Made by a program: the position numbers and the translations under genes. A stretch of 64,000 nucleotides of DNA, taken from Bacteroidia bacterium (GTDB lineage Bacteria; Bacteroidota; Bacteroidia; SpSt-205). Under the pieces are notes generated by a model, which was not told the origin of the DNA, ran no database searches, and saw only the letters and a list, made by a program, of their open reading frames with translations. Below are positions 55,162 through 63,095 of the stretch, piece by piece; position 1 is the first letter of the stretch, and each line of letters opens with the position of its first letter. The DNA lies in contig JBCNVK010000005.1 in the NCBI GenBank assembly GCA_039630245.1, positions 47,648 through 111,647 on the forward strand, in the 5' to 3' direction.

Positions 55162-55743
55162 ATGCACCATTTAGGGCATTTATTTTTGGCAGAGGGGCCG
55201 CCGGCCTTCCAGTTTGGGGCCTTTATAGCCGATGGGGTGCGCGGAAGCTTTTTAGATAGTTTGCCTGCTTTGGTGAAAGAAGGGGTGCGTTTTCATCGGT
55301 GGATAGATTGGCAGACCGATCGGCACCCGGCCTTTCAGGCAGCGCGCCGCCTTTTACGCCCTGTGGCTGGTCGGTATGCCGGCCTTTTAGTGGATTTCTG
55401 GCTGGATGCGGTTTTAGGCGAAAACTGGGCGCGCTTCTCACCTAATGAGCCTTTTGAAGCGTTTGAGCAGCACTTTATTCAGAAAGTCCTTTTGCCCCAT
55501 CGGTTATGGGCGCCTCCCAGCTGGCAAGGCTTCCTTCAGAATCTAGTAGAGCAGCACCTTCTGCGTCAGTTTGCCCGGTATGAGAGCATGCTGGAGCACA
55601 TAGAGCATTTTATTAGGCGTCATCACCTCCCGCTCTCGGCCGAGCGGGTGCGCACCGAACTGAAGCAGCATCAGGCCACCCTAGCCGAAATTTTACAAAC
55701 ATTTTGGGCAGAGGCCTTGGCCTGGCGTTGTACCGCCGCCTAA
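55162..55743 (+). CDS. acpH: Acyl carrier protein phosphodiesterase
   Basis: MHHLGHLFLA...GAFIADGVRG...FHRWIDWQTDRH matches the AcpH N-terminal HD-like motifs. 193 aa. Confidence 0.65.
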   Translation: MHHLGHLFLAEGPPAFQFGAFIADGVRGSFLDSLPALVKEGVRFHRWIDWQTDRHPAFQAARRLLRPVAGRYAGLLVDFWLDAVLGENWARFSPNEPFEAFEQHFIQKVLLPHRLWAPPSWQGFLQNLVEQHLLRQFARYESMLEHIEHFIRRHHLPLSAERVRTELKQHQATLAEILQTFWAEALAWRCTAA

Positions 55744-55749
55744 ATCGCT

Positions 55750-55757
55750 TATCTTTG
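55750..55757 (+). promoter_or_regulatory. -7 box TATCTTTG, 7 nt upstream of the LOG-family gene ATG
   Basis: Matches TAnnTTTG. Confidence 0.4.
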
Positions 55758-55764
55758 CTTAGGC

Positions 55765-56484
55765 ATGATACCGCCAACTAATAGGCTGCCTAAGAACATC
55801 CTGAATAAAACCCGTGATCTGCGTGAAAAAAGAGCTACGGATACTTGGCAGATATTTCGAATTATGGCTGAATTCGTAGAGGGGTTTGAGACACTTTCTC
55901 GTATAGGACCCTGCGTTTCTATTTTTGGCTCAGCTCGCAGTAAGCCTGGCTCGCTGCACTACGAATTAGGTGTGGAGGTAGCCAAAGCCTTAGTGGAAAA
56001 TGGCTACGGCATCATAACAGGGGGCGGTCCAGGGATTATGGAAGCCGCCAACAAGGGCGCTAAACTCCTAGGTGGCCATTCCGTAGGCCTCAATATCATC
56101 CTGCCCTACGAGCAGCATCCCAACCCGTATGTGGATGAAAATCTCCTCATAAACTTTGACTACTTTTTCGTGCGCAAAGTGATGTTTGTAAAATATGCTC
56201 AGGCCTTCGTGGTATTACCGGGAGGGTTTGGAACGATGGACGAGCTTTTTGAGGCCCTAACGCTTATTCAGACGCGGAAGATAGAGCGGTTTCCTGTTGT
56301 GATGGTAGGCAGCACCTACTGGCGAGGGCTTGTTGAATGGATGCGCCAGACGGTTATGGAAGAGTGGAACTACATCTCCCCTCAAGACATGTTTCTTTTT
56401 GCAGTCGTTGATACCCCCCAGGAGGTCGTAGAAACAATCAATACCTTCTATCGCCAGCGCTTAGAGCAGTTTCTTTTAGGCTAA
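55765..56484 (+). CDS. LOG-family (TIGR00730) nucleotide 5'-monophosphate nucleosidase
   Basis: GGGPGIMEAANKGA and PGGFGTMDELFE motifs. Confidence 0.8.
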   Translation: MIPPTNRLPKNILNKTRDLREKRATDTWQIFRIMAEFVEGFETLSRIGPCVSIFGSARSKPGSLHYELGVEVAKALVENGYGIITGGGPGIMEAANKGAKLLGGHSVGLNIILPYEQHPNPYVDENLLINFDYFFVRKVMFVKYAQAFVVLPGGFGTMDELFEALTLIQTRKIERFPVVMVGSTYWRGLVEWMRQTVMEEWNYISPQDMFLFAVVDTPQEVVETINTFYRQRLEQFLLG

Positions 56485-57060
56485 GTGATCGGCTGGGTAC
56501 TCCGACGTGCGGCTGAGCTATTGGGAGGGGTGGTAATCTGGATAGGTCTATGGATAGTGCTCCTGCGTTGGGTGCCTTTGCCGCCCGTAGGGTATGTGTT
56601 AGACTTACTGGGCGGTCGCGCGCCGCAATGGGGCTGGGTAGGCGATAAAGCGGCCCTGCAGCGATTTCAGCGATTTTGGGAAGCATGGGAAGAGATAGAA
56701 GCTACGCCCGCAAATGGGACAGTTTCTTTAGGCCAGCAGGCCGCCGAAGCTTACTTCTATCCACCTACCCTTCAAAATAAGTCTGGTAGCCACCTACTAG
56801 GCGCGCTGATTGCGTACGTATGGGGAACGGAGCGACTGTGGATAGTCTACCTCAATTCGCTTACCTTTTCAAAAGGGGTGTATGGCATAGAGGCTGCGGC
56901 CGAACGGTTCTTTGAGAAGCCCCTGCGCGCCCTAAATTCTGAGGAGCTTTCGGAGTTGGTGGTACGGCAGCGGAGTGGGTATTGGGATTCGCCGCTGCCC
57001 ATACCCCTCTACCTAGCACAGAAACGGCTCCAACAGCGGGTTGCTGGCTATGACTCGTAG
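56485..57060 (+). CDS. Divergent GT51 monofunctional peptidoglycan transglycosylase-like protein (MtgA-like)
   Basis: N-terminal TM. SLGQQAAEAYF is similar to GSTITQQLAKNLF. IVYLNSLTFSKGVYGIEAAAERFF is similar to GT51 motif 4. Motif 1 (EDxxFxxHxG) is degenerate. Confidence 0.45.
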   Translation: MIGWVLRRAAELLGGVVIWIGLWIVLLRWVPLPPVGYVLDLLGGRAPQWGWVGDKAALQRFQRFWEAWEEIEATPANGTVSLGQQAAEAYFYPPTLQNKSGSHLLGALIAYVWGTERLWIVYLNSLTFSKGVYGIEAAAERFFEKPLRALNSEELSELVVRQRSGYWDSPLPIPLYLAQKRLQQRVAGYDS

Positions 57061-58084
57061 AAAATTACGCCCTAGGCTGAACCGGAAGAAGGCTAGGTGG
57101 ATCGCGGCTTCTCTCTTCGGCTTAGCTGGACTAGGAAGCTTAGCCCTCCTGCAGCTTACGGCTAAGCTCTCTATCAGCAGGCTAGAGAAGGTTTGGCTGC
57201 CCTTAGCGACCGCCGCACGGTGCGATACCCAGGTCAAGGTGGCGACCTTTTTCCCCTTTTATACCATCTGGCACTGGCTGGTACGATATCAGAATTTAGC
57301 CCCAGGTTACTACGAACTTACCCCTCAGATGTCGGCGCTGGAGGCCTGGCTGCGCCTGCGTCAGGGCCGTCAGACGCCCCTGCGCTTCTATCTACCCCCT
57401 CAGCGCAGTCCGGGGCATTTAGCCCGTTTTCTAGGCACGCACCTAGCCCATGACTCGGCTCAGTGGGCCCTTATCTTCGCCTCTTACCCTTGGGAAAAGC
57501 TAGGCCTAAATACCCACACTTGGCTGGCTATCTTCTTGCCTGATGTGTATGAGGTGTATTGGACCATCGCGCCTGCACGCTTTATTGAGCGCATGAAAGA
57601 AAACTATGATCGCTTTTGGAATTCAGCCCGCCGGCAAGCCGCCGCTGCCTTGGGCTTTACGCCCATTGAAGTAATTACCCTGGCCTCCATCTTAGAATAC
57701 GAAACCTGCCGACACGACGAGAAGCCCCTTATCGCAGGGGTCTACCTAAACCGCCTGCGGCTGGGGATGCCTCTCCAAGCTGATCCTACGGTGATTTATG
57801 CTTTAGGCAACTTCAATATCACGCGCGTTACGAAGCGTATGTTGGAGGTGGAATCCCCTTACAATACTTACCGCCGTCGTGGTTTGCCCCCTGGCCCTAT
57901 TGGCACGCCGTCTTTAGAGAGTATAGAGGCGGTGCTACACTATAAGCCCAGCCGCTATCTTTACTTTTGTGCGCGTCCAGACGGCTCAGGCTACCATGAC
58001 TTTTCGACGACCTATCCCGAACACTTAGTAAAGGCGCGCGCCTATCAGCGTTCGCTTAACCGATGGCTAGCTCAGAAGAAGTAG
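57041..58084 (+). CDS. mltG: Endolytic murein transglycosylase MltG (YceG family)
   Basis: N-terminal TM anchor and the YceG core, with C-terminal ...LYFCARPDGSGYHDFSTTYPEH. It overlaps the previous gene by 20 nt. Confidence 0.75.
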   Translation: MLAMTRRKLRPRLNRKKARWIAASLFGLAGLGSLALLQLTAKLSISRLEKVWLPLATAARCDTQVKVATFFPFYTIWHWLVRYQNLAPGYYELTPQMSALEAWLRLRQGRQTPLRFYLPPQRSPGHLARFLGTHLAHDSAQWALIFASYPWEKLGLNTHTWLAIFLPDVYEVYWTIAPARFIERMKENYDRFWNSARRQAAAALGFTPIEVITLASILEYETCRHDEKPLIAGVYLNRLRLGMPLQADPTVIYALGNFNITRVTKRMLEVESPYNTYRRRGLPPGPIGTPSLESIEAVLHYKPSRYLYFCARPDGSGYHDFSTTYPEHLVKARAYQRSLNRWLAQKK

Positions 58085-58506
58085 AAAGGCCTTTTTGGTC
58101 GCAGCCCCATGAGGTGCGCCTGCGCGTGCGTTATGCCGAAACCGACCAGATGGGGGTAGTGTATTACGCCCATTATGCCGTCTATTGTGAAGTAGCTCGT
58201 ACCGAATGGCTGCGCCGCTTTGGGCTTACCTATGCGGAAATGGAACGCACGATGGGTATTCTCCTGCCGGTTCGCCACTTTCGGATTACTTACCACCGAC
58301 CAGCGCGCTATGATGATGAGCTGCGGTTAGAAACGCGCCTACTGGCCCCACCGCAGACCCGCCTCCACTTCCACCACTTCATCTATCGTGAGGCAGAACT
58401 ACTGGCCGAAGCTGAGGTGGTTCTGGTATTCATTGACCGGCATACCTGGCGGCCCTGCCGACCTCCCCAAGCCTTCTATGAAGCGCTGGCTCTGGCTAAT
58501 TCTTAG
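58063..58506 (+). CDS. Acyl-CoA thioesterase, YbgC/4HBT hotdog family
   Basis: RVRYAETDQMGVVYYAHYAVYCEVARTEWLR carries the hotdog-fold catalytic Asp motif. Confidence 0.75.
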   Translation: MASSEEVERPFWSQPHEVRLRVRYAETDQMGVVYYAHYAVYCEVARTEWLRRFGLTYAEMERTMGILLPVRHFRITYHRPARYDDELRLETRLLAPPQTRLHFHHFIYREAELLAEAEVVLVFIDRHTWRPCRPPQAFYEALALANS

Positions 58507-59395
58507 GGTATTAGGACACTTAGAATTGCCCGGCTTTTCGGGGGTGCGTTTGGGGAGTGTAGCCTACCTTTTTTGGCGGAATATTACTCATCCTACCTTC
58601 ACCCTACGGGGGAGTGCCATGGCCTTTAGTTTCTTTTTTGCGCTTTTTCCGGGCCTTCTCTTTGCCATGGCACTCATTAGCTACCTGCCTTTTGAGCGGT
58701 TTGAGGCCCTCTTCCAGAGCCAACTGGGCGCTGTGCTTCCGCCGCCTGTCTATCAGCTTGTACATGATGTGGTATTTGAAGAGGTATATAGCCGCCGTAA
58801 CTTCACCCTGCTTTCTACCTCCTTCTTGCTGGCGTTTTACTCGCTCTGGCAGGGTATGCTAGCCATGCTGCGGGCTTTCTTTCATGAGGACCTCCCTCAG
58901 CCGCCTTTCTGGCAGCTCTGGCTGCGGGCCCTGGGCTTAGTCTTCCTGCTTCTGCTCCTCGTAATAGCCAACCTTCTATTCACCTTCGTGTATCATCATC
59001 ACCTAGCCTGGCTATGGGCGAGGCTGCTGCACTCGCCCATAGGACCAGCTATCGCTATACTCTTGGGGGTAGCGGAATTCCTTCTGCTTTTCCTTCTTGT
59101 GGCTTTGGCCATAGAAATCATGTATCGGGCTGCTTTACCGCACCGCAGTCTGCCTTATTGGATCTCCCCGGGGGCGCTGCTGGCCACCTTTCTGCTAGGC
59201 GCAGCTATGAAGCTCCTCTCGTGGTATTTCTTAGCTGTGGCCAACTTTAGCCGATTCTACGGCAGTATTGCGGCGGTAATTGCGCTGATGGTGTGGTTTT
59301 ATTGGCTTTCCATCGTGCTGCTGGTGGGCTTTGAGGTGAATTACAGCCTGTATCGCTCCCGCCTTCTGGCGCAAGCCAACCACATGGCGGCCTAA
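58478..59395 (+). CDS. YihY/BrkB-family inner-membrane protein
   Basis: Six TM helices and a YihY core. The start is set at the ATG that gives MKRWLW. Confidence 0.65.
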   Translation: MKRWLWLILRVLGHLELPGFSGVRLGSVAYLFWRNITHPTFTLRGSAMAFSFFFALFPGLLFAMALISYLPFERFEALFQSQLGAVLPPPVYQLVHDVVFEEVYSRRNFTLLSTSFLLAFYSLWQGMLAMLRAFFHEDLPQPPFWQLWLRALGLVFLLLLLVIANLLFTFVYHHHLAWLWARLLHSPIGPAIAILLGVAEFLLLFLLVALAIEIMYRAALPHRSLPYWISPGALLATFLLGAAMKLLSWYFLAVANFSRFYGSIAAVIALMVWFYWLSIVLLVGFEVNYSLYRSRLLAQANHMAA

Positions 59396-59414
59396 AAGCG
59401 TTATGTTTGTAGCC

Positions 59415-61142
59415 ATGCCAACTATTTACATAGACGGCAAGCCCTTTACGTACGAAAAGCCGGCCAAGCTCCTCCAATTCTGTCTGGAGCATGGCATAGA
59501 GATACCTTTTTTCTGCTATCATCCTGCGCTGAGCATACCGGCCAATTGCCGCATGTGCCTCGTAGAGACGGGCCTTCCAGTGAAGGACAGGCAGACAGGC
59601 GAATATGTGCGGGAGGCCGATGGCTCACTCCGAATAGCTTGGGGGCCTAAGCCTACGCCTTCCTGCACTACGGACCTTGTGCCCGATCTGCACGTACGCA
59701 CGCATCGTACCTCGGAAGTAGTGCGCCAAACCCAGCAGGCCGTTTTGGAATTCCTCCTTATCAATCATCCGCTGGACTGCCCTATCTGCGACCAGGCTGG
59801 GGAATGTCCCCTCCAAATCTGGACCTATAAGTATGGCCCCGAAGGCTCCCGCTTTGAGGAGCAAAAGGTGCATAAGCCCAAGCGGATTCGCTTAGGGCCG
59901 CGCGTGATTTTAGATGCTGAGCGCTGTATCAATTGCACGCGCTGCGTGCGTTTCACGGAAGAAATCTCTGGCACGCGTCAGCTTACGATTGTCCAGCGCG
60001 GCAATCAAAATTATCCTGCTACGGCTGATGGGCAGCCTTTTGATGACCCCTACTCGCTCAATACCGTAGATATCTGCCCCGTAGGCGCCCTTACCAGTGC
60101 GGCCCATCGGTTCAAGGCTCGTCCCTGGGAGATGAATTACAGCCCCACTATCTGTACTGGCTGTGCACGTGGCTGCAACGCCTACGTATGGGTGCGGGAC
60201 AACCTCGTCATGCGCCTTACTCCCCGTAAAAATCTGGCCATCAATCAATACTGGCTCTGCGACGAGGGCCGACTGGATTACGAGAAGTACAACGAGGCAC
60301 GGGCCTCTGGGCTCAGACGCCGAGGCGGTGTGCCTGTGGGGTGGGAGGAAGGTATCCAGGAGATAGCTCAACTCCTTCTTCAGCATACGGGACGCATCCT
60401 TTTCGTGGGTTCGGCATATGCAAGCATAGAGACGCTGTATGTTTTGCGTGAGTTTGTCCGGCGCTTTGCGCCCCAAAGTCCGCTCCTTTATGTGCCTTAT
60501 ATCCAGCTGGGTTGGGGTGATAACTTGCTGCGGCGCGACGATCGTACCCCGAATGCTACGGGTGCTGAGGCATTAGGCTTCCAGCCTATTTCGCTTGAAG
60601 ACCTGCAGGCTCGCCTTCATACGGGCCAATATACCTTGCTCTATTGGGTGGAGGATGACAGGGCTCTCAAAGAGCTTCTGCCGCACCTGCCGCCTGACCT
60701 TCCCGTGGTGGCCCACCTTTACCAGCTTATTCCAGGCTTTGAGCGGCTTACGTGGGTCCTGCCTGCGGCCACGCATTTAGAGAGCTTTGGCACCTATGTT
60801 AACTTCGCTGGCCAAGCTCAAACGGTGGCGCCAGCCCGCCAGTGGCTGCAAATGACTCCTACGGACTGGTTTTACTTACCTAAAAGCCGTTTAGATGCGG
60901 CTGGTCAAGCTGTAGACCGCTGGCGCCATCCCCAGCATATTCCTGATTGTCTGCCTAGCTATCAGCTTCTCCTGCGTATCGCCGAAGCCGCAAAAGAAAG
61001 CCTCCGCTTGCCTCAAGAACACAAGCCCTTGTGGGAAAAGCTCAAAGCCAGCCTTTCTTTCTTAGAAAGCGCCACCTATCCTAAGCTCTTACGCAAAGAA
61101 ATCTTCCGGCATAATCAGCTAGAATTTGCTTTGCCTGTATAG
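59415..61142 (+). CDS. NuoG/Nqo3-like Fe-S protein. It has a 2Fe-2S ferredoxin domain, the His-Cys3 N5 cluster motif and 4Fe-4S motifs, with a shortened molybdopterin-like C-terminus. It stands alone.
   Basis: MPTIYIDGK...CRMCLVE; HPLDCPICDQAGEC; CINCTRCVRF; DICPVGALT; CTGCARGC. It is 575 aa, against about 780-900 for a full-length NuoG. Confidence 0.6.
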   Translation: MPTIYIDGKPFTYEKPAKLLQFCLEHGIEIPFFCYHPALSIPANCRMCLVETGLPVKDRQTGEYVREADGSLRIAWGPKPTPSCTTDLVPDLHVRTHRTSEVVRQTQQAVLEFLLINHPLDCPICDQAGECPLQIWTYKYGPEGSRFEEQKVHKPKRIRLGPRVILDAERCINCTRCVRFTEEISGTRQLTIVQRGNQNYPATADGQPFDDPYSLNTVDICPVGALTSAAHRFKARPWEMNYSPTICTGCARGCNAYVWVRDNLVMRLTPRKNLAINQYWLCDEGRLDYEKYNEARASGLRRRGGVPVGWEEGIQEIAQLLLQHTGRILFVGSAYASIETLYVLREFVRRFAPQSPLLYVPYIQLGWGDNLLRRDDRTPNATGAEALGFQPISLEDLQARLHTGQYTLLYWVEDDRALKELLPHLPPDLPVVAHLYQLIPGFERLTWVLPAATHLESFGTYVNFAGQAQTVAPARQWLQMTPTDWFYLPKSRLDAAGQAVDRWRHPQHIPDCLPSYQLLLRIAEAAKESLRLPQEHKPLWEKLKASLSFLESATYPKLLRKEIFRHNQLEFALPV

Positions 61143-61258
61143 GGCTGCCTAATAGGCCCTGTTAGGTGGAGTGGGGAGCGGGTTTTGAAACCTATAGCGG
61201 CTGCCTGCAGAAGAATAGGATTAGCAGAATGGCCGCCCCAAGTAGCAGAAGGTGAAGA

Positions 61259-61855
61259 TCAAGGAGGGGTAAGGGGCTGGAAAGTTATCTTTTCCCAGCC
61301 CATTTCGTGGCATAGTCGGCTCAGGAGGCGTTCGGCCTGGGCTTGGGCGGCCGCCTGCGGAAAATGCTGGCTAATACGCACTTTTAGCGTTTCCTGAGCC
61401 GCCGTAAGTACCTCGCGCAGTCGCTCAGCTTCGCCGCTACGCCACCACTCTAAAAAAGAAAAGTCGGCTTCATATACCTGAATGCTTTGGGGGTCAATTC
61501 GTACTTGACATACATAGGGCGGGGGCAGGGCTAATTTCAGCGTGCGCTGACGCCAGTCGGCCTCCTGAATCCGAATCTGGGCAAAATCCATACAAATACG
61601 GGCTTCTCCCGTGAGGATGATAAGAAGGCGTGAGCGGGCTAGCGGCAAATTATAGCTCCATTCTCGTCGCACTACGTCGCGCAATTGATAGGCCAGGAGT
61701 TCTAGTTGGCCTAAGGCTGTAAGACGCTCCACTAAGAGGGTTTGTTCCTCTTTAGCTTTTTTCGCCTCAGCTGAGCTTTGCTGCCAGTAGGCCAGTCCTA
61801 AGCCCCCTACAAGGCCTAAGCCCAGAAAGAGCGTATAGCGAAGCAGCAAGCGCAA
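61259..61855 (-). CDS. Hypothetical membrane-anchored protein (DUF4230-like)
   Basis: N-terminal TM; no catalytic motif. Confidence 0.35.
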   Translation of the reverse strand: MRLLLRYTLFLGLGLVGGLGLAYWQQSSAEAKKAKEEQTLLVERLTALGQLELLAYQLRDVVRREWSYNLPLARSRLLIILTGEARICMDFAQIRIQEADWRQRTLKLALPPPYVCQVRIDPQSIQVYEADFSFLEWWRSGEAERLREVLTAAQETLKVRISQHFPQAAAQAQAERLLSRLCHEMGWEKITFQPLTPP

Positions 61856-61859
61856 AGCC

Positions 61860-62420
61860 CTAGCTCTGAGTGCGCAGCGCGCGCGGCACCTCTACCCGTG
61901 CAATTCCTGTATCTGGCGAAGCCACAATCTCTAGCCCCGGTATATTCACTTTAGCTACGGTGAGAGTTTTGCCCAGCTTGAGACTTGAAATGTCTATCTC
62001 CAGCGCAGGTGGGAGGTCTTTGACTTTGCCGCGTACGCGCAGCCGCCGCACTAAGGGCACAAGCTTGCCTCCCATCTGAACTCCTTCCGCCAGACCTACC
62101 AGCTTAACGGGTAGAGGAAGAGTTACTACATCCTCCAAATCGCACGCCATAAAATCCAAATGCAGTACATAATCATGGACAGGATGGAGCTGGTATTCGC
62201 GTAAGATGGCCGTGTAACTTTTCCCCTCTAAACGCAGCTCGAAGAGATAGACATTGGGGGTGAATACCACTTTGCGCGCTTCATTTTCAGGGAGGAGAAA
62301 GGGGATGTTTAGGCCTTTTCCGTAGAGGCTGCAGGGTACTTGGTGCTGGCGGCGGTAGCGGCGTGCCTCAGCCGTGCCTACTTTCGCCCGTAATACCCCT
62401 TCTAAAACATACCGCTGCAT
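61860..62420 (-). CDS. rplY: 50S ribosomal protein L25 / general stress protein Ctc
   Basis: L25 N-terminal domain (RAKVGTAEARRYRRQHQVPCSLYGKG) and the Ctc C-terminal extension. Confidence 0.8.
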   Translation of the reverse strand: MQRYVLEGVLRAKVGTAEARRYRRQHQVPCSLYGKGLNIPFLLPENEARKVVFTPNVYLFELRLEGKSYTAILREYQLHPVHDYVLHLDFMACDLEDVVTLPLPVKLVGLAEGVQMGGKLVPLVRRLRVRGKVKDLPPALEIDISSLKLGKTLTVAKVNIPGLEIVASPDTGIARVEVPRALRTQS

Positions 62421-62422
62421 AG

Positions 62423-62496
62423 CGCACCCGGGAGGACTCGAACCCCCAACCGCCAGATCCGAAGTCTGGTGCTCTATCCAATTGAGCTACGGGTGC
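62423..62496 (-). tRNA. tRNA-Arg (anticodon TCG)
   Basis: The reverse complement is GCACCCGTAGCTCAATTGGATAGAGCACCAGACTTCGGATCTGGCGGTTGGGGGTTCGAGTCCTCCCGGGTGCG. The anticodon loop is CTTCGGA. Confidence 0.8.
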
Positions 62497-62520
62497 ATAA
62501 GAAGCCCCTCAAAGGCGAAA

Positions 62521-62528
62521 CAAAGATA
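62521..62528 (-). promoter_or_regulatory. -7 box TATCTTTG on the minus strand, 24 nt upstream of the tRNA-Arg 5' end
   Basis: Matches TAnnTTTG. Confidence 0.35.
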
Positions 62529-62667
62529 AGGACAATACCACCTAACAACCCTTGAGTCATGCGGTACAGCTTAGCGCCTCTAACTATCCTTTGCCTTATT
62601 GAGGGCCTAAACTAAACCTACGCCCTCTTCAGCAAAAGGATAATGCGTTGGGCTTAGGCTAGGAGCG

Positions 62668-63021
62668 CTAGGTTTTCAGGTAGCGCAGGAGGAGGATCAG
62701 GAGAATAATTAGGCCTATAAGGGATACAATCACATTTACAGGCCAAGGGGTCAGCCAGACTACTATGCTGATGGCTATAGCTACAATGGCCACAATTATG
62801 AGAAGGCGAATTAGCTCTTGGTCGGACTGGAAAAGGCGCTTGATAGCTTGCCAGAAGCGGGTGGCTTTGGTCTGGAGGGTTCGCCAGAGAGACCGCTCCC
62901 CTTGTGGCTTACTAACTACTACAGAAGGTGAATTAAGAGGGGTGGGACAAGGGGTTGTAGCGCTTCCATAGAGCGAGGGTATACCCACAAGCCCCAGTAG
63001 GAATAGCCCGATTAGGCGCAT
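62668..63021 (-). CDS. Small hypothetical membrane protein with a signal peptide and two C-terminal TM helices
   Basis: ORF only; the start is placed at the ATG that gives MRLIGLFLLGLVG. Confidence 0.3.
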   Translation of the reverse strand: MRLIGLFLLGLVGIPSLYGSATTPCPTPLNSPSVVVSKPQGERSLWRTLQTKATRFWQAIKRLFQSDQELIRLLIIVAIVAIAISIVVWLTPWPVNVIVSLIGLIILLILLLRYLKT

Positions 63022-63095
63022 ACGGCCACAAAGGTAAGGAAAACCCCCACAGCCCAAAACTCAAACCAGGCAACAGTTGCGCAATACTTTTGCCC

